Assembly: GCA_031410215.1 (NCBI GenBank)
Contig: JANNYQ010000067.1
Coordinates: 1-54,904 of the forward strand
DNA length: 54,904 bases
Direction of reading: 5' to 3'
Source: Candidatus Altimarinota bacterium
GTDB lineage: Bacteria > Patescibacteriota > Gracilibacteria > BD1-5 > UBA2023
The notes beneath the pieces were generated by a model that worked only from the letters and a program-made list of their open reading frames with translations, did no database searches and had not been told where the DNA came from. This document shows positions 43,981-54,618 of the stretch, piece after piece (the stretch's first letter is position 1; each line of letters begins with the position of its first letter). The translations under genes were made by a program, and so were the position numbers.

Positions 43981-46959
43981 TTATTGAGCTATTGATGGAT
44001 CTGAAAGAATCGGGGAGAGATTGGGCTCTTCTTCGCGGACGATACCCATACGAGCTTCGAGTTCCATATCGACGTATTCCTTTTTTCGGCCATACATCTT
44101 TCGTGAGTATTCTTTGATGATTTTCGAGACTTCAGCGTTCTTGTAGGTATTGTCCCACATGGTCTTCATATCGAATGGTCTCGTTGTCGCATTGTCGATA
44201 TTGAGCTTGCAATAGGTGGTGAAGTTGGCGATACCGATGATATCTTGCTGGGAGAGGAGCGGTGCGTATTCTTTTTCCAGATACTCCGCGTCATCAGCCC
44301 CCACCTTGAACGACATGATAGTACCAGCATTGCCGAACACCGCATCCTTGATCGATGGTTTATCTCACTTTTTGCTACCATTGCCACCGATCTGGGCGAT
44401 GAACTGGTGAGCCATGATGAGGGCGAGTCTATACTTGCGGGCCTCTGAGAGGATCTCACCGAATGTATCAGTCGCGAAGTTCTGGAACTCATCCACATAA
44501 AGATAAAAATCCTTGCGTTGATCTTCGGGCATATCCGCTCGACTCATCGCCGCCATATTGATTTTTGATACCATTATGAGACCGAGGAGCTGAGCATTGA
44601 GATCTCCGATTTTTCCCTTCGAGAGATTCACCATGAGTACTTTTTGATCATCCATCACTTTTCGCAGGTTGAACGCTGATTTGGTCTGACCGATGATATT
44701 TCGCATCGTCGTGTTAGTGATGAATGGTCCGAATTTTGCTGAGAAAAACGGAATCATCTCTTGCTTTTCACGATCACCTGTCTGAGCATACTCATGTTCC
44801 CAAAAAGCTTTCACCATCACATTCTTGATTTTGGATACCTTGTATTTCATGAATGCTTCATCTACAAAAAGGCGTGGCACGTCGATGAGCGTACCCCCAT
44901 CCTCTGCATCGTCCATCAGAGTGAGACATCCATTGCGGAAATAATGCTGAATACGGGGGCCAAATATCTCATCTCCATACATCTTGATGAAAATAGAGGT
45001 AGCGTCCAGTGCAGCTCGATCCTTTTCTATAGCCTGGAGAGCGGGTTCTGTAGCGATCAGATCGAGCATATTGAGTCCGAGTGGTCGCTCATAGTCTGAT
45101 GGATCGAATATGATCATATCTTGAGCTCGTTCTTTTGGGGTGAATGCGAGTATATCCTCCACGAGATCTCCATGCGGATCGATCACACAGAGTCCATTGC
45201 CATTCCAGAGATCCTGACGAGCCAGATATCCTATGAGGACTGATTTTCACCCTCCTGATTTACCGATGATATAGTGATGTCTGCCTCGATCCTTGCGATC
45301 AAAATATATCGGTGTCTTCATATTACGATATTCATTCCATCCCATGAGCACCGCCTCCTTGTAGAGTGGAAATCATCCAAGAGTCCGTTGCGAGTCGACC
45401 TGTACTGGAGTTTTTCCAGCATCGATCGGCTTGCCCATATCGGCTCATTCTGAGAATACAGAGACCGGCATGCCCCCTATGAGTTGGAGACTTTTGTTCT
45501 CGTCACGCCATAGGTTTTTATTTTTATCGACCCTGAGGAGCGATCCATCCGTGGTGAAAATGGAACCCGTAGCATCACGCTTGTAGTCCTTGAGAATAAG
45601 AGGGATTTTCGGAAACTTGAGATTTTGAGGGATCGAGAGCATCTTGTAGTCAAGCCAGGCGATTATTGGTGACTTATTATACTTGATATCCGGGAAATGG
45701 AATATAGTTGACATCTCATCGGATGAGAACCGAGAAATCTTCTGGAAAATACCGATCAAGCGATATGAGAAGGCAAAATAACGAAGCGGCGTGAAGAGAA
45801 TACGCAACATATCCTCGATCATCTGTGGATTGTCGAGTTGATTGTTGTATTCATCGGTGAATATAGATGTCGCAGCAACGAGAGACTGGAGCCCCTGATG
45901 AGCAGACTCACGAGTATCAGATGAGACGAGGATACGAATCGACGCCTCGAACCCTGGTTGTCCCGCTGACTCCCCTACCATCTTCTGTGACTCGGTTTCT
46001 GCTTGGTTAAATATCTTGTAAGAGTCTCCACTACTGGCTCCTGGGGCATTGGATGCTGTTTCTTCATTTGATATAAAACGAGAAAAAAACCAAGAAATTG
46101 GTAGAAGTATAAAGTTGAGTCCCGACATGAGGAGTCCTCATTTGAGTCATTTTTTATATTCTCACTTTGCAACGAGTCAGGCGGCTTTTTTTGCCTTGCG
46201 ATTCCAGCTGTGGCCGAGTGGCTTCATCACTATCTGGATGGCCGCGACATCAGTTTTTTTGAGGGAACCAAAATTGTTGGTAAACGATGAGAGTGGATCA
46301 TCTTCGAAATACTTATAGGTCTTGAGCGGATAGATATCGTCGTTTCGTTTGCTGATCGATGCGGCCTCAAGAGCGTACCCAAGTGGCTTAATCTCTGGGA
46401 GATCTTCTCGGGATACCAGTTTTACCTCAGCATCTGGATAGTTCGAGGTGACCTGTTGAGTTATCAGTGTCATGTGCTCTTGATATGCCGCGAGATAAAA
46501 ATGCACTTGACCTCCAGAATATATCATCTCGAGTGATATTTTCGCATGGCAAAATATGAAGTTGAGGATGGTATTCCATGCACTAATTGTCGCGATTTTA
46601 TGGACACTTTTATAAAAAAGGGTCATGATACCAATTTTCTCTTTGAAGTCCTTCTTCGTGTCTTGTTCTTTATCGAGCTTGGAGTCAGCTCGTGGGAGTG
46701 TCACTTTCATATATCGCATTCGTGGTGTCATCATCACCTCATAGGTGAGTCGCATCAATCGGATACAGATCCAGACGATGATAATGGCAAGGAAGATATT
46801 GAGCACATTATCAAAAACCCATACTAATGAGTCCCAGAAAGAAGACCAAGGAGAAATAATTGCCTGTTCCGATCGGGTAGCGGTCCGTACGCTGATAGCG
46901 AGGACGGAGTTATAGGATGTAGGCAATATCGCAAGGATAGTGAGCAATAGTCGATTCAT
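43981..46959 (-). CDS. type-IV-coupling-protein-like P-loop ATPase, paralogue 2 (992 aa)
   Basis: ATG 46959 (MNRLLLTILAILP...) with TM segments and a roughly 450-aa region I could not assign. Walker A reads GKSGG[G]KS (TGA 45247-45249). Also IDPHGDL and Walker B LYVDEFQNFATD. All junctions were checked. The CDS ends at TAA 43981. Confidence 0.8.
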
Positions 46960-47097
46960 TGATCCATAATACCATATAGAGACTATTTCACAAAATAAAA
47001 CAGAACTTTTTGCTTTACAATAGGACAAAATCGTGCAAAAAAAGATGGTACAAAAATACACCAAATAAAAAAGTCTAATTCTTTCCAAAGTTGATAC

Positions 47098-47125
47098 TTG
47101 CATTTGATGGCTGGATATCTACAAT
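47098..47125 (+). promoter_or_regulatory. sigma70-like promoter of comM
   Basis: TTGCAT (47098-47103), a 16-nt spacer, then TACAAT (47120-47125). Confidence 0.4.
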
Positions 47126-47152
47126 ACGATCAAATCGTAATCCATCCAGTCT

Positions 47153-48667
47153 ATGCAAAAACTCTTCTCTTCATCTATCTATGGGATATCTGGTCATCTC
47201 GTGGAGGTCGAGGTCGATGTGATCACGGGTATGGGACAATTCACTATCGTTGGACTCGGAGATGCAGCGATACAGGAGTCGAGAGAGCGAGTACGGAGTG
47301 CGGTGAAGAACTCTGGATATGCGTTCCCAGGTGGAGCTCGTATCACGGTCAATCTCGCTCCCGCAGATCTGAGAAAAAAGTGACCCGTCTATGATCTCCC
47401 TATAGCACTATGAATACTCGGCAAGGATATCGATTTTCGGACAGATATTGTTTGAGAATCGCTCTTTCTGTGAGAACTGGCACTCGATGGACTCGTGAGA
47501 CCGATCCAGTGAGCCCTCCCTGCGACCATACTTGCACGAGAGCTAGGCATGAAACGGATATTCGTCCCGATGGATAACGCCCTCGAGGCATCCGTGATCC
47601 CAGATATCGATGTGATCGGGATCGCGAGTCTCTCCGATGTAGTCGGTATCCTCACAGGAGATACACCTATCCCCACATGAGCCATCAGACCAGAACCGAT
47701 AGCGAGTGAGATGCGAGTCTACTCTCCTGACTTCTCCGATATCATCGGGCAGGAGCACGCGAAGCGAGCTCTCCTTATCGCCGCTGCTGGTGGACACAAT
47801 ATCCTGATGCAGTGACCTCCAGGATCAGGCAAAACCATGCTCGCCAAAGCAATGGCAGGTATCCTTCCTGATATGCAACTTGAGGAGCAGATAGAGTTAT
47901 CAAAGATCTACTCCGTAGCGGGACTCCTCACGAGAGATCTCCCACTCATCGTGGATCGACCATTCCGAGTAATACACCATACAGCGAGTGAGGCATCGAT
48001 CATCGGAGGTGGACGAGATGCGAGACCAGGTGAAATATCACTCGCCCACAAGGGAGTACTATTCCTCGATGAGTTCCTCGAGTTCAGCAAATCCATACTT
48101 GAGACACTTCGCCAACCCCTCGAAGATGGCGAGATCACGATCAACCGTGTCAATCAGTCATGCAGATATCCTGCCAGATTCGCACTCGTGGGTGCGATGA
48201 ATCCGTGTCCATGTGGCTATATGGGAGATACTGAGAAACCCTGTATCTGCTCACCGATGGCGATCGACAAATATAGATCTCGTCTTTCTGGGCCGATCCT
48301 CGACCGTGTCGATATATTCATCCAGGTGCCTCGGGTCAAGACAGGCGAGCTCGGAGAAAAACGATCTGGTCAGACCAGTCGAGAACTCAAGGATACGGTC
48401 ATGCGAGCTCGAGAGATGCAATATATCCGGTTCGCTGGTAAGCGACTCCACTCCAATGCTGAGATGAGCAATGTCGAGATCGAATCACTGGCGAACATCA
48501 GCGAAGATGGTATCAAGATCGCCATATCATCGACAGAGAAGCTCAAGCTATCAACTCGAGTATATTACCGTATACTCCGTGTCGGTCGTACGATCGCGGA
48601 TATCGATGGCTCGCCAACTGTCGAAGTTCGCCATATTCTCGAGGCACTCTCCTATCGTGGTAGCTAA
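47153..48667 (+). CDS. comM: Mg-chelatase-like ATPase ComM/YifB
   Basis: An N-terminal Lon-like domain ([14 protein letters not shown]; FL[G]ELALDG). Walker A reads MQ[G]PPGSGKT (TGA 47813-47815). Also LFLDEF and the [10 protein letters not shown] zinc-ribbon. The frame is open through 7 TGAs. Confidence 0.9.
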
Positions 48668-48670
48668 TAT

Positions 48671-49222
48671 ATGAACACTATTCTCTACATCAATCCACTC
48701 ACTCCAGAGATCACCTTCCTGATTTTTCATTGAGATCAGACTATAGTAAAAACTCTCGCGAAGAATCTGGATACTTCTTCAACATTTCCAAAATTTCTTG
48801 TCGATATTGTCGATGAATACCATATCGATGCTGTCTGGTGTATTACTGGTCCTGGGCCATTTACCCTTATGCGTGTCGTCACGCTGGCGATCAATGCGAT
48901 CTCCTATACGAGACGCCTTAGTATAAAGTCCTGTCATTTTTTTGATCTCATCACAAGTGGGAATCAGGCAATCATCGAGGCCAATCCACGAGAATATCTC
49001 ATCAAATCTAGTACTGAGGTCGTCAGTATAGCGAAGGTGCTCTTAACAGCAGGAACCTATGAAGGGATAATATCAGAGATCAATTCGACAGGAGATATAA
49101 AATATATACAATATAGTGAAGATAGGGCGAATATCCATCGTGTATTCCTCATAAAAACACCAGAAACTCGCATCTATCCTCTCTACTTCAAGCCACCCCA
49201 TATCACATGCCCACAACCATAA
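48671..49222 (+). CDS. tsaB: tRNA t6A biosynthesis protein TsaB-like
   Basis: ...AVWCITGPGPFTLMRVVTLAINAISY... is the TsaB/YeaZ motif. One TGA. Confidence 0.7.
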
Positions 49223-49755
49223 AAGCTGCATCACAAATGCGACCCGGTGAGCACATCATCATGATTCTTCATCGACATTGGATTGTTTTTGCATTCAAGA
49301 TCGGATACATACTCGGGCTCATTGTCACTACACTCATAATCCTCTCTATGATGAATCCACTTATTACTATATTTGGAACTGGGATATTCTGGGGAGGCCT
49401 CAGTATCTATTGGATGTTTTTTCTCACATTTATCCTGCTCTCATGGATGAATGACGAGCTCGATCTGTTCATCATCACAGATCAGCGGATCATCGGAATC
49501 GATCAACTATCATCACTCTCCCGTCGTGTCACGGAATGTGGTCTGGATCGTGTCCAAGAGGTCAATGCTGAGGTCACCGGCATACTCCAGACCGTTCTCA
49601 GGTACTGACATGTCCATATCCATACTGCGAGTGAGAACTCAGATATGATCGTCAGATTTGCTCCGAATCCAGTAGAAAATGGGAATCGCATCAATACAAT
49701 CATCAGTGAGTATCGAGCCCACCATAATGTCCCAGCAAAATCGCCCACCATCTAA
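49207..49755 (+). CDS. bacterial PH-domain (YdbS/YdbT-like) membrane protein
   Basis: Two TM helices followed by ...ELDLFIITDQRIIGI..., a bPH_2-like pattern. One TGA. It overlaps the tsaB end by 16 nt. Confidence 0.5.
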
Positions 49756-49781
49756 AAACTTGTCTTTTTTTACTTTTTCAT

Positions 49782-49804
49782 ATAATGAGATCGATTCTCA
49801 TTAT
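49782..49804. promoter_or_regulatory. 23-nt imperfect palindrome, putative operator overlapping the trxB -10 box
   Basis: ATAATGAGA-TCGAT-TCTCATTAT has 9-bp perfect arms. It has the same TGAGA..TCTCA core as the dps and prx palindromes. TATAAT lies at 49781-49786. Confidence 0.5.
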
Positions 49805-49822
49805 TTTTAATATTCAAAACCT

Positions 49823-50746
49823 ATGTCTCCAGTATTCGATACAATCATCATCGGTGCCTGATCTGCCTGACTCCCAGCTGGGATGTACGCAAGCAGGTAT
49901 AAGCTCTCCAACATCATCATCGGTGAACTCCCAGGTGGAGCCCTTGCAACCAGTCATTGTGTGGAGAATTGGCCAGGAGTACTATCCGAGACTGGCAAAA
50001 CCATCATGGATGACTTCGCTGAACACGCTATAGTAGCAGGATCGACCATACTCCAAGAGCGTGTCGAAACATTGGCGAAGGATGGCGAATATGCATATAC
50101 TGTGACAACCAGTACGGGTAAGATATACCAGTCTCGAACTGTGATACTCGCGACAGGTAACAAGTACAAAAAACTCGGTGTACCTGGCGAAATAGAACTC
50201 ATAGGACAGGGGGTATCATACTGTGCGACCTGTGATGGCAACTTCTTCTGAGGACTCAAGGTGGCAGTCGTCGGTGGTGGTAATACCGCTATCACTGAGG
50301 CACTCTATCTCGCTGAGATCTGTAGTGAGGTACATATACTGATACGAACAGACAAAATCAGGGCTGAGGACATCTGGGTAGAAAAGGCGAAAAAACACTC
50401 GAATATCATATTCCACTACTTCACTGAGGTGGCTGAGATCCAATGAGGGATGATGGGAATGACGGGGATACTCTGCAAGGATGGATCGACACTACCTGTC
50501 GATGGGATATTCATCGCGGTTGGTAACGAGCCGTTCACGGGACTCGTGGATCATCTCTCTCCAGAGAAGGATACAGAGGGATGTCTCGTGGTCGATAAGC
50601 GTCAAGAGACAACTGTGAAATGACTCTATGCAGCAGGAGATGTGACGACCAACAGTAACAAGTTCCGACAGACGATCATGTCAGCAGCAGAGGGATGTCT
50701 CGCTGCGAACTCAGTACATGAGGATATATTGAGGATTGGGGAGTAA
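49823..50746 (+). CDS. trxB: thioredoxin reductase
   Basis: IIIGA[G]SA[G]L is the FAD GxGxxG motif, with both later glycines as TGA (49859-49861 and 49868-49870). The redox motif is CATCDG. The NADPH motif is VVGGGNTA, followed by ...AAGDV. 307 aa. Confidence 0.92.
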
Positions 50747-50751
50747 TAGTT

Positions 50752-51660
50752 TTAGCCCTTTATCTTTATTTTGAATTGTAGTAGTTTTCTCGGAAGAATA
50801 TCATCCAAATTTTGGATATCTTCATCTGATAATTCGATCAATGCAAGTTCATTTTTCTTATAAATATCCTGTTTCTGTTTTTTTCTAGCAAGATATTTTT
50901 CATCGTTTTCAAGTCCCCAATATTCAATATATACTGATTGTGGAACGCCATCTCAAGAAGGAATATAGAAATCTGAATATACATCTTCTTCTACTGGAAG
51001 TTTTCTTTCATAGGCATGGACAATTCTATACTGATAGAGTAAATTATCAATTATTACTTCTGCCTTTGAGCGAACGTAGTGTCAATCAAGTGTTCTTAAT
51101 TTTGCCTCAAACTTTTCACGAAAACCATTATTAGGAGTTTTTACTATTTCCTGAAGATTTTCTGTTTCATGTCATTGTACATTTAATTCATGATTGAAAA
51201 CCTCAACTAATCGTGAGTATGTAAGTATATTTTCTGGCCATAGTACATAATGGGCTCAAGAAATATCGTGAGTATGTTCACTTCAGCCTAGAGATTTTCC
51301 GAGTTTCGTAATTCTCCAGCCAGCAACATCTTTTTCAGCAAGTCCTAGTTCGGAAAGAATGAGATTTAGTCTTTGTGAAGAAGCCTTAAAGTGGTCACCT
51401 ATAGCTGTAGCATTGAGAAGTTTTTTTGAGAAGTTTATCTTTTTGGTATCTTTCTCAATCTTCATATCCATAGGCCATACTATATATTCTCCATATTTAT
51501 CACTTTTTTGGGTTTCTCCTCATACCTTCTTTCCGAAATCCGTAAGCTCCCATCACTCTTTATTTCTTACTATATAACCAGCTTCTTGTAATACTTCAAA
51601 AAGTTTTGCTGGAACAATTTTTCTCTCTTTAGCGAGAGATGAGGTAGATATTTTTTGCAT
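50752..51660 (-). CDS. PD-(D/E)XK-type nuclease-fold protein with two N-terminal repeat modules
   Basis: The whole gene was translated (302 aa, 8 TGAs). There are two repeats of the pattern W.(L/I)T..G...GG......Y.(V/L)WP. The C-terminal part is ...RSKAEVIIDNLL...YERKL....DFYIPS....YIEYWGL... (restriction-endonuclease-like core). The segment is visibly AT-rich. Confidence 0.55.
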
Positions 51661-51713
51661 ATATATTTTGATTTATATAAGACTATCATAAATCAACCAT
51701 TTTTGCAAATCCT

Positions 51714-54545
51714 CTACTTCCCTCTTTTCTCCATATATTTCCTGAGTGCCTTGGCAGTATAGCTATGCTCGACCGTGAGGATCTTGTCACGAGGTCATGC
51801 GAATACCAGATTGCCTCACTTGTCGCCACCCTCTGGACCGATGTCGATGATGGCGTCAGCATTGGCGATGATGTCGAGATTGTGCTCGATGACGAGTACT
51901 GAGTTCCCTTTCTCGACGAGTCTATCGAGGATATCGAGCAGCTTCTGCACATCAGAGAAGTGGAGGCCTGTCGTCGGCTCATCGAGGATATAGAGAGTCT
52001 GACCAGTTGACCGCTTGGCGAGGTCGAACGCGAGTTTGATACGCTGAGACTCTCCACCCGAGAGTGTCGGTGCGGATTGCCCGAGTGTGATATATCCGAG
52101 ACCAACATCGATGAGGACATCGAGAACCCGCTTGATACGAGGGAAGCTGACAAAGAAGGTACTGGCATCCTCGATTGTCATGCCCAGAACTTCTGAGATA
52201 TTTTTACCCTTGAATTGTACCTGGAGGGTCTCGTTGTTGTATCTCGACCCCATACATGATTCACACTCGACATAGACATCCGGGAGGAAGTGCATCTCGA
52301 TCTTCTTGGTTCCGCTCCCCTCACAGATCTCACAACGACCTCACTTCGTATTGAATGAGAATCTCCCAGGCCCAAATCCTCGCTTCTGAGCGTCGAGCGA
52401 TGCCGCGAATACCTCACGAACATGCGTGAAGAGCCCGGTATAGGTGGCGATATTGGAGTGTGGAGTTTTGCCTATAGGCGACTGGTCGATGATGATCGTC
52501 TTGTCGATGTGATTGACTCACTCGATGCGGTCATGGCGACCGATATGGCGAGCACTCGGATAGAAGTGGTTCATGAGGTAGTTCGACAAGATGTCGATGA
52601 TGAGAGATGACTTCCCGGATCCAGAGACTCCCGTGACGACTGTCATGCACTCGAGAGGGACTCGGACATTGATATTCTTGAGATTGTTCTCGACTGCCCC
52701 ATATATTTCTATGAATTTTTTTGGCGATTTTGTCACTGGATTACGTCTGACAACATTTTTGCGGAGCGAGAGATAGTCAGCCGTATGTGTGTCTGATTTG
52801 AGGAGATCATCATATTTTCCAGAGAAGAGAACCTCGCCACCATGGACTCAGGCACCCGGCCCGATGTCGATGATATAGTCACTCTCTCGCATGATATCCT
52901 CATCGTGTTCGACGACGACGACCGTATTGCCGATGTTCGCCAAGCGTTTGAGATTGGCGATCAACATATCATTGTCACGAGGATGGAGACCGATCGATGG
53001 CTCATCGAGGACATAGATAATCCCCTCGAGCCGAGTCCCTATCTGTGTAGCGAGCCTGATTCTCTGAGACTCACCTCCCGAGAGAGTACCTGCTCGACGA
53101 GCGAGGGTCATATACTCGAGTCCAACACCAGAGAGGAACTCGAGTCGTTCGACAATATTCTTGAGTATCGGCTTGGCGATGTGTTCTTCTGATTTTGTGA
53201 GAGAGAGTTGTGAGAAAAATATAAGCGAATCTTCGACACTTTTCATCGTCAGTTCGCCAATATTTTTGTCTGAGATTCGGATATTGAGATAGGGTCGCTG
53301 GAGCCTATACCCCTCACACGTTCGACAAATCTGTTCCGTGGCGAAATTCGCAATCCGCTTGAAATATGCATCATGAGCACTATCTGCCTCACTATGTCGA
53401 CGCTCGAGATTGGGGATGAGCCCCTCATATCTTGACTTGTGTACTTTGCCATCCTGATGTTTGCCAAGATAGGCGAGCTCAAACGATCCAGGTACACCAT
53501 AGAGAATTTTTTGTCGATCTCGAGGCTTCATGAGTGACCAGGAGGTATTGAGTGGGATATCTTCTTTGGTACACACAGCCTCGAGGAGAAGAGTATAGAA
53601 GGGGTGCTCTTGCCAAGGGAGGAGAGCTCATTCTGCGATCGTGAGCTCAGACTTGACGATATCAGCCTCGAGAAATGTCGTCGATGCACCGAGTCCATGA
53701 CAACTCGTACAGGCACCACGATGCGAGTTGAATGAAAAATTCGATATAGAGAGGTTGTCGATCTGATAGTCACAGATCGGGCAACTCGCATGGAGTGAAA
53801 AGTGATGATAGGTATCTCAGCGAGATATAGAGACTCGCCCTCCTCACTTCTCGAGAGCAATACGGAGGGAGTCGACGAGCCGAGTATCGAAGTTGTCATC
53901 GATCTTGCGGATGAGGCGATCGACAACCACATAAACTCGATCATCTTCGTTCACGGTGATATCGAGCGGATCAGCTACCGAGTAGGTAACCTCCCCAATC
54001 TGGAATCTGACAAATCCTATATCAGTGACTCTCTTCGCCAGTTGATCGCCAGTCATCTCATCACTATCGAGCACTAGAGGCATCAGGATATGGAACCGAT
54101 CACCTTCGCCAAACTTCGACACATAGTCGACAATATGCTTGAGGCTGTCTTTTTTGAGTGGGATATCTCCGTGGTTGATACAATATGATGTCCCGATGCT
54201 CGTATAGAGCAGTCTGAAGAAATCATATATCTCTGTGATGGTTCCAACAGTCGATCGGGGATTGTTCGACACTGTCTTCTGATGTATGGCGATCGTCGGA
54301 GAGAGTCACTTGATCTCACGGACATGGGTCGCCTCAGAGATATCTGAGATGATAGTACGAGCATAGGTCGAGAGTGACTCGAGATACCGGCGTTGCCCCT
54401 CGGCATAGAGGGTATCGAACGCGAGTGATGACTTGCCTGATCCAGATACTCCCGTGATGACGGTAAGGGTATTTTTTGGGATGGAGACGGAGATATTTTT
54501 GAGATTGTGGGTCTCCGCTCCGATGATCTCGATGGTTTCTGACAT
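51714..54545 (-). CDS. uvrA: excinuclease ABC subunit A
   Basis: Five listed ORFs plus a short tail join into 943 aa in one frame, with every junction translated (9 TGAs). There are two [10 protein letters not shown] Walker A motifs, two LSGGESQRI signatures, CxxC zinc modules, and [11 protein letters not shown] and [11 protein letters not shown]. Confidence 0.95.
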
Positions 54546-54618
54546 AACAAAATGGGCTAACGATACAATCGCCCTATTCTACTCAATAGACATGAGAATA
54601 CAATTATTTTTCAAAATA

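Noticed and set aside
51714-54545. uvrA looks like a decayed pseudogene split into five ORFs plus a short tail. The same impression arises for pyrG, recF, comM, yidC, rarA and trxB.
   Set aside because: All pieces lie in one frame, every interruption is TGA (never TAA, TAG or a frameshift), and all catalytic motifs are intact. The cause is recoding, not decay.
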